From Hypanus sabinus (Eukaryota), in NCBI RefSeq assembly GCF_030144855.1, contig NC_082731.1, forward strand, positions 21,514,001 through 21,578,000: a stretch of 64,000 nucleotides of DNA. The letters are read 5' to 3'. Below, piece after piece: positions 1 through 11,974 of this stretch (the stretch's first letter is position 1; each line of letters starts with the position of its first letter). The notes under the pieces are model-generated. The model saw only the letters and a program-made list of their open reading frames with translations, did no database searches and had not been told where the DNA came from. Both the position numbers and the translations under genes were made by a program.

Positions 1-1104
1 TGCTAGTTTATGTAAGAGCTTCTCTTTCATATTAACAGCTAAGGCTAATAAAATGGGTTTTCTTTAGTTTTATAAGGAAATGTGTTCTCTGTAGTGTTAA
101 CTGCTGAGGGAATGGGTTTTCTGTAGCAGCATGTTTGGGTTATAGGTAAAGATAATGGGAATTTGTTATTCAATGCTAAACAATGGAAGAAATGTTATTC
201 TTTCTTGTCTGTGTGGAAGGTGCTAGTTTTAGCGGGCTTCGAGGAGAAAGCGCAAGGAGGATGAAGTTAGATTACGCGACTTGAGGAGTCGTTGGGTTGC
301 CCGACAATCTGTGCTCTTGGTCGGAGCCCAGAGGACGCCGACGATCGAAGTAGGATCAGTGAAGGACAATCCGTGAGCTTGAACGGTTTGTGCACTGGAC
401 AGTTTAGTAAGATTATTGGCTGCTTTTATTTAATGTTTTATTTCTCTATTGGTCTCATAGTCAAAGCAGGATTTATAAAATCTTGCTTTTCTACTTGCTT
501 ATTGTGTAACCTTTTTTTATTTCGGGGAATTGATCTCACACAGGGGACACATCATGCAGCTTTCACCCGAACCGGCGTTTTAACGTTGGACCGGGAAGAA
601 GGATCTTTACCCCCCCGAGATTATGCCACTAGGCAATGTGAGTGTTATATTTAGAAATGTGTCTGACTACCAAAGAGATATGGGAACCACACTGATGTGA
701 GCAAGAAACTCAGAAACATGTGTCAGTCATTTGGCCACAGTATGTTCAGGTTTACTTGCAATACACGTGCATAAAGAGAGTCATCTATGTTCGCAGTAAT
801 TTGAGATGCGTGTAAACCTTGATTCCATAAATTACGAAAGGTTATGCATGTGTGGGTTTGTCTTATGGGAGTCCGCACTCCATGAAATGAAAATCATTTC
901 AATTAATAGCAAAACAGTATAAGAAAAAGAAAGCATTGAGAGCTGTTAGAAATGGCCAGAACCAGGCAGAAATAAGAACAACGTTTCCTCCCTCAGCATT
1001 ATTCTTTTTTATTTTTTCCGACGGCAATTATTCGGCTGCATCTCTGATGTTCTCCTTCATATCGTTTGGAATTCAAATACAAATGGTCTGGGAGAAGAAA
1101 AAGC

Positions 1105-2245
1105 ATCTTGTGGTCCTAGGGGATTCGTCAGCTAGTGTTCAAAACAGGGGAGTTGGTGGGCGAAAACGAGATTCCCGGATGCTCTGCTGGCTGGCGGGTG
1201 CCAGGGTCCAGGATATTGTCCGATCAAGTCCTCAGCATTATTAATTAGGAAAGTGAAAAACCTGAATCCATGAACCATTTATGTACCAACGACATGGGTA
1301 GGACAAGTGTGGGTTTCAGTATAGGGAGTTCGGGAATTTATGTGCTGAATTAAAGGACAGTACCTCCAAGGTTTTTTTCTCAGGACTGCTGTCCGTGCTG
1401 AGTGCTACCCAGTATAGAACCATCAAAATTATGCAGTTTAATATGTAAGAAAGAATTGGGTTGGAGCGTAATACTTTTCTTTCATCGGCCATTTTTCAAG
1501 GGATGGAGGACTTGTACAGAGGGGACGGTTTACACCTGTACTGTTGGAGAATTAATGTCCTAGCAGAGAAAAAAAATTGTAACTGCTGCACGGTGCGTTT
1601 GAAACTGGTGTTGCATTGTGTTATCAACCACTGTGCCAGTATAGTTCGGATACAGTGTGTCGGCAGATCATAATACGACAGGAAAATAAATTAGGAATCA
1701 TAAGTATGAGCATGGTGTGAGACAGTCGAAAGGTTGACTAAAGGAATGAAGATGTTGTTTCTCAATGTGCGCAGAATATCTAGTAAGCATTGTGAATGAC
1801 AGTCAAGATGCAGTGGCCATTACGGGACGATGGCTGAAAGAATACAGGTTGGAGCATTAAGCAAGGCTACATATTTTTTCCAAACGATAGGCAGGGATGC
1901 AGATGGAGCGGCTTTGCTGTGTACGTAAAAATGATATCAAATTGTTGGAATCATTACGTTTACAGGAAGCACGTTGCCAGCAAATTACAACGGCCTTTGA
2001 AAAATGGATGCCAAGAGGGCAAAGTTACGATAGCAATGTGGGAATTTAATATTCAGATTAATTAGGAAAATTAGGTGGTAATGGATTACAGGAGGGAGTG
2101 TTTCTAATCAGGACGCGATGGATTTTCAGAACAGTTTGAGGTTGATTCCTCTATAATATCAGCTCTTCTGGATTGGCGTTGTACGAGGAATCAAAATTGA
2201 TCGGCCATTAGACAGGAGCATAATTTGGTTATTTTGTCAATCATG
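1105..2245 (+). mobile_element. Degenerate CR1-clade LINE (ORF1 esterase remnant plus start of ORF2 endonuclease)
   Basis: Translates to VVLGDS...RDSRMLCWLAGARVQDI (SGNH esterase motif of CR1 ORF1), followed by decayed endonuclease sequence. Absent from unit B. Confidence 0.75.
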
Positions 2246-2249
2246 AATT

Positions 2250-2488
2250 TCAGGTATTTCTTTACTCAGAGAGTGATAGCTGTGTGGAATGAGCTTCCTG
2301 TAGAAGTAGTAGAGGCCAGTTCATTTGTGTCATTTAAGGTAAAATTGGATAGGTATATGGACAGAAAAGGAGTGGAGGGTTATGGGCTGAGTGCGGGTAG
2401 GTGGGACTAGGTGAGATTAAGAGTTCGGCACGGACTAGGAGGGCCGAGTTGGCCTGTTTCTGTGTTGCGATTGTTATATGGTTATATG
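2250..2488 (+). mobile_element. Young 5'-truncated CR1 3' end
   Basis: FFTQRVIAVWNELPVEVVEA...LDRYMDRKGVEGYG (CR1 ORF2 C-terminus), then 3' UTR and a (GTTATATG)n tail. Confidence 0.85.
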
Positions 2489-2489
2489 A

Positions 2490-4110
2490 ATGATATTGTT
2501 TTCCCTTCCCCACTTTTCAACTTTCTCCCTGTAACATTTGAAGCCGTGTTCAATCAGGAACGCACGAAGCTGTACCTCAAATACATCCAACGACCTGCCA
2601 TTCAAAGCTGGTTGTATCAATAAATTCCACACATTCACCGCCCAGCTATGGAGACAATTTTCCGCCTCTCTGTTTCAAATTGACACACCTCTATCCTGAG
2701 GCTCTATGCTTGTCCTACACGTCCCAAACTTGGGAAACACCCTTTTCCTCATCTACACTCACTAAGCGATTCAAAATTCGAAACATTCCAATGAGATCAC
2801 TCGTCCATCTAAATTGCTGCGAGTGCAAACCGAGAGCTAACCTACGTCCCTGTATATTTCATTCTCGGAATCCTCTTTGGTGAAACTGTTCTGAAACCTC
2901 TCCAATAGCAACACATCGCTTCTGAGTTGACGTCACCAACACTATTCACAATATTTAAGTAGAGGCCACATCCCTCCTCGTTTGTTCCAGACATCTCGAA
3001 ATGAATGCAAACGTTGTATTTGGTTTCCTCAACAGCGACTACTTCTGTAAGGTAGCCATTATTTTGTTCTGCACAAGGAAACCTAAATCAATTAACACCT
3101 AAGATTTTTGGATTTTCTTTCAGTTTAGAAAATATTCTGCATATTTCCTTCTAGTACAAAATACGTGAATTCAGCATTCTCCATTGTTGTATTTCTTTTG
3201 CCACACCATTGCTCATTTTCCAATTTTTTTCCGTGCCCGCCGGTATACTACCCGTTTCCACAACTCTACTGGCCACTCAACCATCTGCAAACTTGGAAGC
3301 AAACAAATCTATTCCATCACACAAATCATTGATATACAGCATAAAAAAAACAGTCAATCCGCTAACTATGCCTGTAACCTTCCTGTAACATGGGGGGCTC
3401 TAAACCTGGCAAGCATCCACACTTGTCTCACCTTGTCGAATGTTTTCTGGAGGTAGAAAAATACAATGTCCACTGCATCCTGTTTATCAATCATGCGTAT
3501 AAACTCCTCGCAGAATTCCACCAACCTCTGCAGGCAAGACTTTTCCTTAATGAAACAGGCTGTCTTTTCGTTTTTGCACTCTGTCTTCATGTGATCCTTA
3601 TCATTATAAAAAAAATCCTACCATTAGTTTCAGGCTAAATGTACTATAATTTCCTTTCCGCAGACTTTCTCATTTCTTAATGTGTGGAGTGATATTTGTA
3701 ATTTTCCAGTACTCTGACACCATGCCAGTGTTCAATATTTTTTAAAATATCATTACAAATGCCTCCACCATCCCGACCGCTACCTCTGGTGCAAAAAGCA
3801 AATATAATTATCTGCCATCTCTTTCGACCTGTTATTATTTTCCTCGGTCTCATTTTCTACCGGTCCGGTATCCACACTGACCACGGTTCTATGATTTATA
3901 TCGTTTCAGACATTTACAATCCACGTTCATAGTGCCTGGAAGCTAGATTGCATATTTCACCTTTTCGCTTCCAATGATTTTAGTTTGCTCTCATAATGAT
4001 ATAAAAATGTCCTTATCCTCTATCTTCCCGCTAATATTTACTTTGTTTTATGTCATACGCTTTGTTTCTACATTAGGTTTGACTTCATATTACACACAAC
4101 CTCCCGAGAC
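2490..4110 (-). mobile_element. Degenerate CR1 ORF2 (RT) fragment
   Basis: ORF 3366-3590 contains DIVFFYLQKTFDKV, matching the CR1 RT motif DVVYLDFQKAFDKV. Partner at about 20610-21850. Confidence 0.75.
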
Positions 4111-5778
4111 TGTTGCTCCCTGCCAGCATCTTCTTACCATTTCCTTTGACCAACTCCTTTCTTATAGTACTGAAATTTCCTTCACTCCACTGAGATGCTG
4201 CTATGTCAAGCTTTCTTGTCAAGGCCAAAAAAACTAAAGAGAGGGCACGTAATAGATCAATGATCTTAAGTGCGAACTTAAAAAATAAAGAGTCAGATGG
4301 TAAAAGGAGAATCGACCAGACAGAATTTCCTAGGAAAGGTCTGAGCTCAAGATTCTGCCATTGAATCTGAACAATAAGATGCCAATGCCCCCTCTAAGAG
4401 AGAAACCATCCATATCGGACTGAGAGAATGAAACAAACTCACTGAGATATCTCTGAATGTAGAATTGTATCAGCTTTGGCTTCAAGGTTTACCCAACATA
4501 TGTTTCAATCATGAGAATATCAAGAATTCTTAAGTATCATTTAGTTAAAGGGTATTATGGCAAATAAACCACTATCAGATTCAACATTTTATCGACCCTG
4601 TTCAATTTCAGCTTTGTACACTGTGGAACAACCATGTTTAATTTTCCAATTTGTGCTCTTGAAACAACAGCATTTGTCTCTATAGCCCTCTCTGACAGCA
4701 TGTCTGAAATATCATCCACAGTCTGACTATGAAAAATAAGAGCTGCACTCCAGTTCTCTTTGAAATATGCATCCTGTCATCTTAAACATTAGCCCTAATA
4801 TGTTTAAGAATTCGCAAGCATGCGACAACGTATTTTACACTCCTTATTTCGCTGATATTTTAAAATATGTTTGGCCCTTTACTCTATAGTTCCTGCTTCT
4901 TCAAACGAAAACATGCCTAACACATCGTTTGTGGCCCGGCTGCTAAATTCTCGTAATGAAAACAACATTGCAGGCAAACCATATTTTCGTAAGAAAAAAG
5001 CAATGACGAGCAGGGAAAATGCTGATTCTTGTGCGATGCCTTTGGATTCAAAGTTCACGATGTCCTACATTCAAAAGAAGATCATAAAACGCGTCTGACG
5101 GAACAATCCGCGTGGTATATCAACATTGGAATGTAATAGAGTATTCACCTAGTGTGTTCCAAGACTTGCTTAAGTTCATGTCAAATCTCTGCATCGAGTT
5201 GCAGTTGAAAATACTTACATGATTAATGCGATTTGTTGCGCACACACTCATGAAATTGGACAAATCATTCTCAGCTTATGATTTAGTTAAAGACAGTTTA
5301 TTTTACAACCGAAGCGCAAGCATGGGCTATTGTTCTGCAGCTCTCAATGAAATAAAAAAAAATAGATATTCTCGTTTTAGACTGCTCACAAAATTGTTTT
5401 TACATTTCAGTTTTTCATTGTTCTTTTCATTATTTTCATGCACTTGATTGAACTCAGTACATTTTTCTATACTTATTTAGTATATCCTTTATTCTAAGGC
5501 TGCCCTAGATTTACAATATAAAAAGTTCGAAATACAGAATGACGGTGATATTAAACCTGGTTTTAATTTTGATTTTTCCTTTCTATGATGGGTATTGGTA
5601 GTTAAGTCATTCTCGAAAGAAAATGACTCTGCAATCAGTACTCATCAGGATTTCGCTTTAATTAAACATAAAATGTGGAAACTCATGCTTGTCAAAATAA
5701 GCAGGCACACATAGGTTTTTGTATGGCGTTATGAGTGATGTTAATATTATTTCCTGAAACGAGTGATGACAGCTGTGC

Positions 5779-6110
5779 AATTGTGAGCAAAGCAAAAGTA
5801 ATGCTCGCTCTGCTAACTACATCTTCCTCGATACCTCAGTGCCATTAACAATGATGAGCGGTAAATTAAAATTTAATTTCGTCCTGTAAAGAATCAGCCC
5901 TTTATTTGTTCTTTGAGATCGTTGTGAACATTCCGGCAGAATTAGACTGCAGTTACGTAGTACACCACACAAGGGCGGTAGATCATAGCTTTGAAAATAA
6001 ATATAGAGAAGGGAAAAAACGATATCTCAATAAATTTTCATGCGAAAAACTGTAGTTAAGAATAACTTGTGATACTTCAACACAGTAACGTATTGGAGAA
6101 TAAACAGCAT
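5779..6110 (-). pseudogene. TCR V relic A1 (internally deleted)
   Basis: Leader-like ATG at 6110 (MLFILQYVTVL), acceptor at about 5988, LILYRTK at the FR2 position, D-V-V...Y-F-C-(A)-L, then heptamer CACAATT (5779-5785). About 100 nt shorter than a full V exon. Confidence 0.45.
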
Positions 6111-6410
6111 GTCACTCCAGAATCCGTATCCACCTCATTGCGAGGGAAAAACGCTCTTCAAAATAGTGAGAGAAATAAGAAACAGGAGAAGGTTGTAGTT
6201 TCCATTGTCGTATGAAGAATCTATAGCCGGGATTTTGGTGGCTGCACGTGCAGTAGAACAAATTGAAGAGTAATAGGGTAAAGACGACTCAATCAATGGA
6301 TAATAGACTCTGAAAATGTAGTGAAATTCGAACAGTTGTAGGGTCGGCCAAGGTCCTACAGACGTTCAGAAAGAGGCGGTTACACTCAGTTGCCACTAGA
6401 GCACTAAGCT

Positions 6411-6449
6411 AGTTATTGCACAGGTTCAGACTGGTTCTATACCCCTGTG
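6411..6449 (-). other. 23-bp-spacer recombination signal sequence of V1
   Basis: Heptamer CACAGGG (6443-6449), exact 23-nt spacer, nonamer GCAATAACT (6411-6419), directly after ...TGT GCT CTG AGG CC. Confidence 0.9.
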
Positions 6450-6756
6450 GGCCTCAGAGCACAGTAGTACATGGCAGTGTCTTCTAGATGTGTTTCGGAT
6501 ACTGTGAGTGGGACCGTTCTGTTCGACTCATTTAGCTGCGCCGTTAACCGTTGCTGGGGAATATTTTCTCGGTGGCCGTCGAATTTCGAACGGAGCAACA
6601 GAAACTCCAGGGAACCTCCGGGATATTGACGGTACCATAATAATACAGGGTTGCTCGTGCTTGTAGCTGTATAGTTACAGTTTAACACTGCAACTTCTCC
6701 TTCCGCGACGGTGGTGACAGCAAGTGACTGATAAACAGCGTCGCCTCGGCAATGTC
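6450..6756 (-). CDS. TRAV/TRDV: TCR alpha/delta-type V exon (V1), apparently functional
   Basis: 307-nt open exon after the phase-1 acceptor TATAACAG|GA: (G)HCRGDAVYQSLAVTTVAEGEVAVLNC...LLWYRQYPGGSLEFLL...EDTAMYYCALR. Both canonical Cys and the Trp are present. Confidence 0.93.
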
Positions 6757-7228
6757 CTGTTATAGTCCAAAAATAATTTCAAAATTTCAGTCAAGGACTA
6801 TCAATATTCTACTCTCATAACTCCGAAGCAAACAGCGGGTCATTAGCACTGTCTGAAGCAGAGGGGTGGGGGCTTTCAATTTGAGGTAAAACTCTCGTCT
6901 GACACTGACAGGGGTGGCAGAAAAGGCTGAATTAAATTATCTTTTTGAGCAAACCTCCAATCCTCTCCATCAACGAGTTCCCGTACCCATGACATCTCAG
7001 GAGGAAAAGAAAGACAAGATTTCCCTGCCAAGGACTGAGGGTGCTTCGCTTGCCCTGCATAATCTGAGCAAATTTTCGATTTTCATTTGCATGAAATTTG
7101 GATCCAAGTTATTTTCGTACCGCCAGATTCTTTTATGCCATGATCAATGTGCGATAATAATATTCAGTGATATATTATCCTGTTCAGCATGGTGAGACCC
7201 ACGGTTTACAAAATATGGAGAAACTTAC

Positions 7229-7274
7229 CGATCAGAAGCGCTGCAGCAATAAGAAACAAATATAGGACTCGCAT
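7229..7274 (-). CDS. TRAV/TRDV: Leader (signal peptide) exon of V1
   Basis: ATG at 7274, MRVLYLFLIAAALLI+G (46 nt), donor G|GTAAGT. The 472-bp intron splices in frame to the V exon. Confidence 0.92.
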
Positions 7275-7433
7275 GTCTGTGATCGGTTCACTATAGCTTT
7301 GTCCCGGAACAATGTCTTCTGAAACAGAGTTTAATCTGTGCTTCGTAAGGAATGCGGACTCGTTTGTTAAGAGGCCGTTGGTCTTATCCACATAACGTGC
7401 AGCCTTTTTTTTGTTTTTGCTTCAGGACGTCCC

Positions 7434-7499
7434 CCAATCAACTCCTTTTCTGAATTCCTCCAATCCGCTGCAAGTTCTTTGTTCCTCAACACAACCAAT
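7434..7499 (-). promoter_or_regulatory. V1 promoter: three CCAAT boxes
   Basis: CCAAT at 7434, 7460 and 7495, 160-225 bp upstream of the ATG. The same 26/35-bp spacing is kept in unit B. Confidence 0.5.
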
Positions 7500-8796
7500 C
7501 AACTGAAAGTTGGCAAATTTGGCGAGGCCGCACACAGGTTTCTTCCTCAAAGCAAATGATTCGTTTGTGTATATGACTCAATGGCAAAGATAGTAAGTTC
7601 AGAAATTACTTCATATTACTCGCACTGAGTAACGGAGTAAAATTTATTTCCCTTCTTTTAAAGTCAAAAGCTAGGAGCCTGGTACAGTCTCTAGGAGGGA
7701 AACCAGGCATTGAAGACTACGATAACGAAACAAATTGCATGAAGAAAGTTCTAAATTTCAGTTTATTCCAAGTCTCTCAACATGGTTCAAGTTTTCATTA
7801 TACAAAAATGATCTTGGCAAAATTTCATAACAGCCAATGACTCCAATCAAACTACGGCAAGGAAAATATTAAATTCTGTCCCCCATTATCAGACAATCTT
7901 ACTTAAGTCTTTCTCTCCCAAATACATCTTCCAATATTCGGTATAATTCGTCTTTCCTTTGCCAAAGTAACTGTCTTAACTTCAGTAGTTTCTCAGCTTT
8001 ACATGATCGTCTCGGACAGCGATTTAGAGGTATCAAGAATGTTCTTTGCAAATGGGGGAAAAATGTCTTACTGTGCATTTCTACTTTAAACCTGCTTTCT
8101 CATAAATAAGATGACAACCTCTTCAGCTTCCGTTAAGGATATGCAAGTAGAGCAAATGCATTTTATACGGTGTTTTTATTGTGCTTTTTTATCTGACATA
8201 CTCCCTGTGTATATTCTTCAAATCCTGTCGCTCCAAGGAAGCAAATGAAATCATCACATTTCATGGAAATCTTCTACATCTACTCGGGGCAACCACCATC
8301 TGAATCCACGATTCCAGCAACATGTCGGAACCCAGCAAAGGTGGCATCTTCCTGCCACAAATTTGCCACGGTTGGAGGTATCGGTAACATCTAACATTAG
8401 TGTGGCTATAACGTACAATATAATTGTGCTGTTTAGACATTTTTGAGTCGAACCATGGATATTTTGAATACCCAATTTACTCTATTATCTGAGTTCTAAT
8501 GCTGTCAATGTGCGTTTGTAATTGCGTTTACGTGGATTCGATGTCTGAACTTTCCATTGAGTCTTCGCTACGCCATTCTAATAAAATAAATACTAGAAAT
8601 GATCATAATCAAAATGTATACTCTAACACTTGCACGTTCATCAATCTCGGTATGAGAAGGGACGTCTTACCGAGAAGTGATATGATCCGGACACCAGACA
8701 TATCACAATTCTGCAGGTTGTTTCATGAGTTCGTAATTCTAACGGCATTCATACAGCCCGTCGAGTCATAAAAGCTGATTCCATCGTTTAATTCCG

Positions 8797-9250
8797 TGTA
8801 GAGTCAAGAAACGACAAAGACAGAAAATATTTCAACGCAGTGCAATAAAGCTCATTCAAAGTTTAACGGGAAGTTCTGTATCCATGGGTGAGAGATAAAG
8901 CTAAGAAGAGTGATGCCTGATCAGAATGGAATGTTAAATAACATAATCCTGATGGATGCCATTTGGAAAGCCAAGTAAACTGAAACATTAATTTGTTGTT
9001 TTTTGTTTTTTAAGTACTGTTCCGAACAATGCTGAACAATGAACGACAACCTTACGGGAATGTTACCCAACAGCACGCCAACGTAGCATTAGAACATTTT
9101 CCCTCCGTACTGCAAAGGGAGATGAAGAAATCTCGTCGTCACGTCCAGAGTGTTTGCTCGTTACAATGATCGAATGAGTCGGAATATTCTCATGCGTAAA
9201 ACCTTTATTTCTTTGGTCTGTGCCAACAAACTTCAGTTGAACTCGAAAAT
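8797..9250 (-). pseudogene. TCR V relic A2
   Basis: Donor AAG|GT at 9203, 93-bp intron, strong acceptor CTCCCTTTGCAG at 9110, 306 nt to a decayed heptamer position, frameshifted YFCALS near the end. Confidence 0.5.
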
Positions 9251-9814
9251 GGCGTCGGCCTCCGCTCTAGGGGCAATTCACGCAGTTCATTGGAGTATTG
9301 AGGGAGTATTGAGCAGTCGTAACAGAAGCGTTTCCGCGCAGGGCGGACAAATAGAAAAAAAAAAACAGACTTTTTTTTTCTACGGGAGTCGTTTATTGGA
9401 CTACTCCACTGACCCAATGGGAACGTTCCCGCTCAGGTTCGGTAGATATTTTCGACGGGGAAAGAAGGATCCATAAAGGACAGGTACCAGTATAGTCTGT
9501 CGCAGAGTAATAAGGTTTTGTCTCAACAAAGTTCTTCAAGTTCAGGCAGGGGCTATGTAAATTCATTCCTTACTTCTTATTCAACCGTTGAGAAAATGGC
9601 GAGTATGACTACACAGTCGCCGTTCCGCTCCGGGTGTCAAATGTAGTATTTTCAGGAGACCTCCTTCCGAGCTCTGATAGCTACACCTGCGTATTTGCAT
9701 CGAAATGCAGATCATTAGAGACCACATTAGGGAAGTGGAATTGTAGTTCGATGTCCTTCGTCTTGTTAGGGAAAGTGAAACGCTTGTAGACCAGAGCAAC
9801 AGGGAGGTAATCAC

Positions 9815-11160
9815 ACTAATTATACAGGAGACAGATAACTGTGTGACTACCATGAGAGGGATGATGGAAACTCTGATAGTGGTGTGCGTACAAGTGGGCG
9901 TCCCCCTCAGCAATAAGTAATCCAATTTGCTAGAGCGACATAAATAGAGAAAACAACAGCTGCCATGCCTCTGGCACTGACCTTGGCTCTGTGGCACAGA
10001 AGGATATGGAGCTGAAGATGATAGCATCAGTAACAGAAACAATGATATTCAGACCGAAAATAGACGAAGTCTTGGACACAAAAAGAATCATTTGATGGTA
10101 GTTTGCGTCACGGGTGCCAGGGGCATACATGTTTCTTGTCGAGTCCACAGAGTCCTGGAATTTGAGGCTGAGCAGCCAGACGTCGGGGTACAAATTGGAA
10201 TCAAAGGCATAGAAAAAACAGGGAGGACGCCCTGAAAGAAGAAATTAGAGTCTTTGGAAGGAAGCTGAGTAACCGAAACTCAAGTGTTGTAATCTTAAGT
10301 TTGCGGCCTGTGCTATGCGACAGTGAGAATAGTAATAGAATGAGATGGCAGATAAACCTCGTGGTGAGGATAGGGGCAGTATTCAAGGATTCTGACTTCT
10401 CGATAATTGGGACATTTTCTGAGGCAGGTAGGAGTCGCACAGAAGGAACCGGTTGCACGTAAATATTAGGGGAGCAAAATTCTTGCTCCCCTAATTAGGG
10501 GAGCAAAATTCTGGGGTTGTAGTGAGTATTTTAACTTAATATAGCAGTGCGATGTGTAACAGGTTGATAGAGATAAGGATGAGCCAAAGGCTTACAAGTA
10601 GATGATGAGTGTAACATGATTGTAAGGAAAGGCATTATAAATATCGTGTGTGAATGCAGAGACTGCAAAATGATCATGTGTACCACAGAGACAACATTCA
10701 AAAGGGCGGAAGATACAGGACTGAAGGGTCTGAATTTCAATACATGTAGTTTTCTGAATATCGTGGATGAATTCGAGCCGTATTTAAAGATTAGTCGGTA
10801 CAACAGTGTTGGCGTCGCTGAGTTGTGGCTCAGAGAATGCCATAGTTGGTAGGTGAACATCAAAGGATATACTAAGTGTCGGAAGGACAGAAGGGAAGAC
10901 ATTGGTGGTAATGTGGCTCTGTTGGTAAGAGAAGCAAATACATCTTCGGAAAGGAGTGAATATGGTCGGAAAATGTTGAATCTTCGTGGGTGGTTAAGAA
11001 ATTGCAAGCTGTAAGAGAGAAAAAACATCTTGTCGAAATTATATAAAGGCCTCCGAATAGGAGCTCAGATGTGGGTTAATATTACAAAGGGAGCTAGAAA
11101 ATGCATTTAAAATGGGCAAGGATACAATTATATTAAGGGATTTAAACGTGTAAGGTGATT
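9815..11160 (+). mobile_element. Degenerate CR1 (ORF1 3' part plus ORF2 endonuclease start)
   Basis: Esterase remnants (...EQPDVGVQIG...) and GLKGLNFN...DVAELWL endonuclease motifs. Partner at 28010-29385. Confidence 0.75.
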
Positions 11161-11165
11161 TGGTC

Positions 11166-11570
11166 GGTTGCTGAGAGTAATTAATTGTGCAAATTAGACT
11201 ACAGGCTCAACCTCCGAAGAAGACAAAGAGATGCGCAGGTGTGCTTCTTTAATCCTAAGATTCAGGTATCCATCACCACTCGCTCCAAGCGACAACATGT
11301 CCGCAGACAGAGTAAACACCCGTCGAGAGTATTTGTATGTAGTTGCATTGGGGGCCACTATAACACTCCTGAGACAGTATACATTACTGTCATGATTCCG
11401 ACAATCGTTTTTCTTATGAACTAAACCATAGCCACGCACTTTTTAGAGAGTGAGAAAGGTAAAAACAGAGCAATTTACAAACAATGAAGCATAAGGCAGA
11501 ACTCTGAATGTTTGTCAGTCCTATCTTTGCAATGCTGGTTAATTTAATCGAGGAACAACGATAAAGCCAT
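11166..11570 (-). pseudogene. TCR V relic A3
   Basis: 46-nt leader-like exon (ATG 11570, MALSLFL..., donor mutated to AT), about 86-bp intron, exon starting VRG. FR3 reads D(M/R)LS...LNLRIKEAHL, then a frameshifted S-x-VFF-x-x-LS. Decayed RSS TGTAGTC-22-TCAGCAACC. Confidence 0.5.
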
Positions 11571-11974
11571 GTTATTTCTTTTGTCTTTTTTGCTCCATTA
11601 TTCTCATGTGATTTAACAAAAAATTAGCCCAATTCTTAAATTATAAGGATTATTTCATGTGTAAAAATACTTTTGATTCAGTGCACTCTGTCGATTCTCA
11701 GGGACACACAATTGTGGACAAGATGAATAAAATTATTTTAGGTGACTTCAATAGTATAAAGAATTAAGAAAATATAAACATTTGGAATCGGTATGGCTTG
11801 ACGTACGGCAATGCAGTTACCCACATCCGCACCTACCATGTAGTGAAACACGGAAAAAAAGAAAATAAGAATTTACATCACTAGATGACCACCAACAAAA
11901 TCAGAAAAGTTTAAGAATTTCATGAGAATGTTTTCATGCCTGATTCGGTGAACTTTTCACATCAAATCAACTTC

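Noticed and set aside
4619-4625. Consensus heptamers CACAGTG (also at 41143-41149 and 63497-63503)
   Set aside because: None has a nonamer at 12 or 23 nt or an adjacent coding segment.
4760-5270. Faint V-like traces (donor near 5219, acceptor near 5069, IAQESAFS, QPG)
   Set aside because: No Trp, YxC or RSS recognisable; too weak to separate from chance by eye.
5714-5722. Perfect nonamer ACAAAAACC (minus strand)
   Set aside because: No heptamer at 12 or 23 nt. The nearby relic's heptamer is 56 nt away, and the paralog is not conserved.
9581-10042. 153-aa minus-strand ORF (and 10531-11028, 165 aa)
   Set aside because: Antisense to decayed CR1 sequence, not conserved as an ORF in unit B, and no domain motifs.
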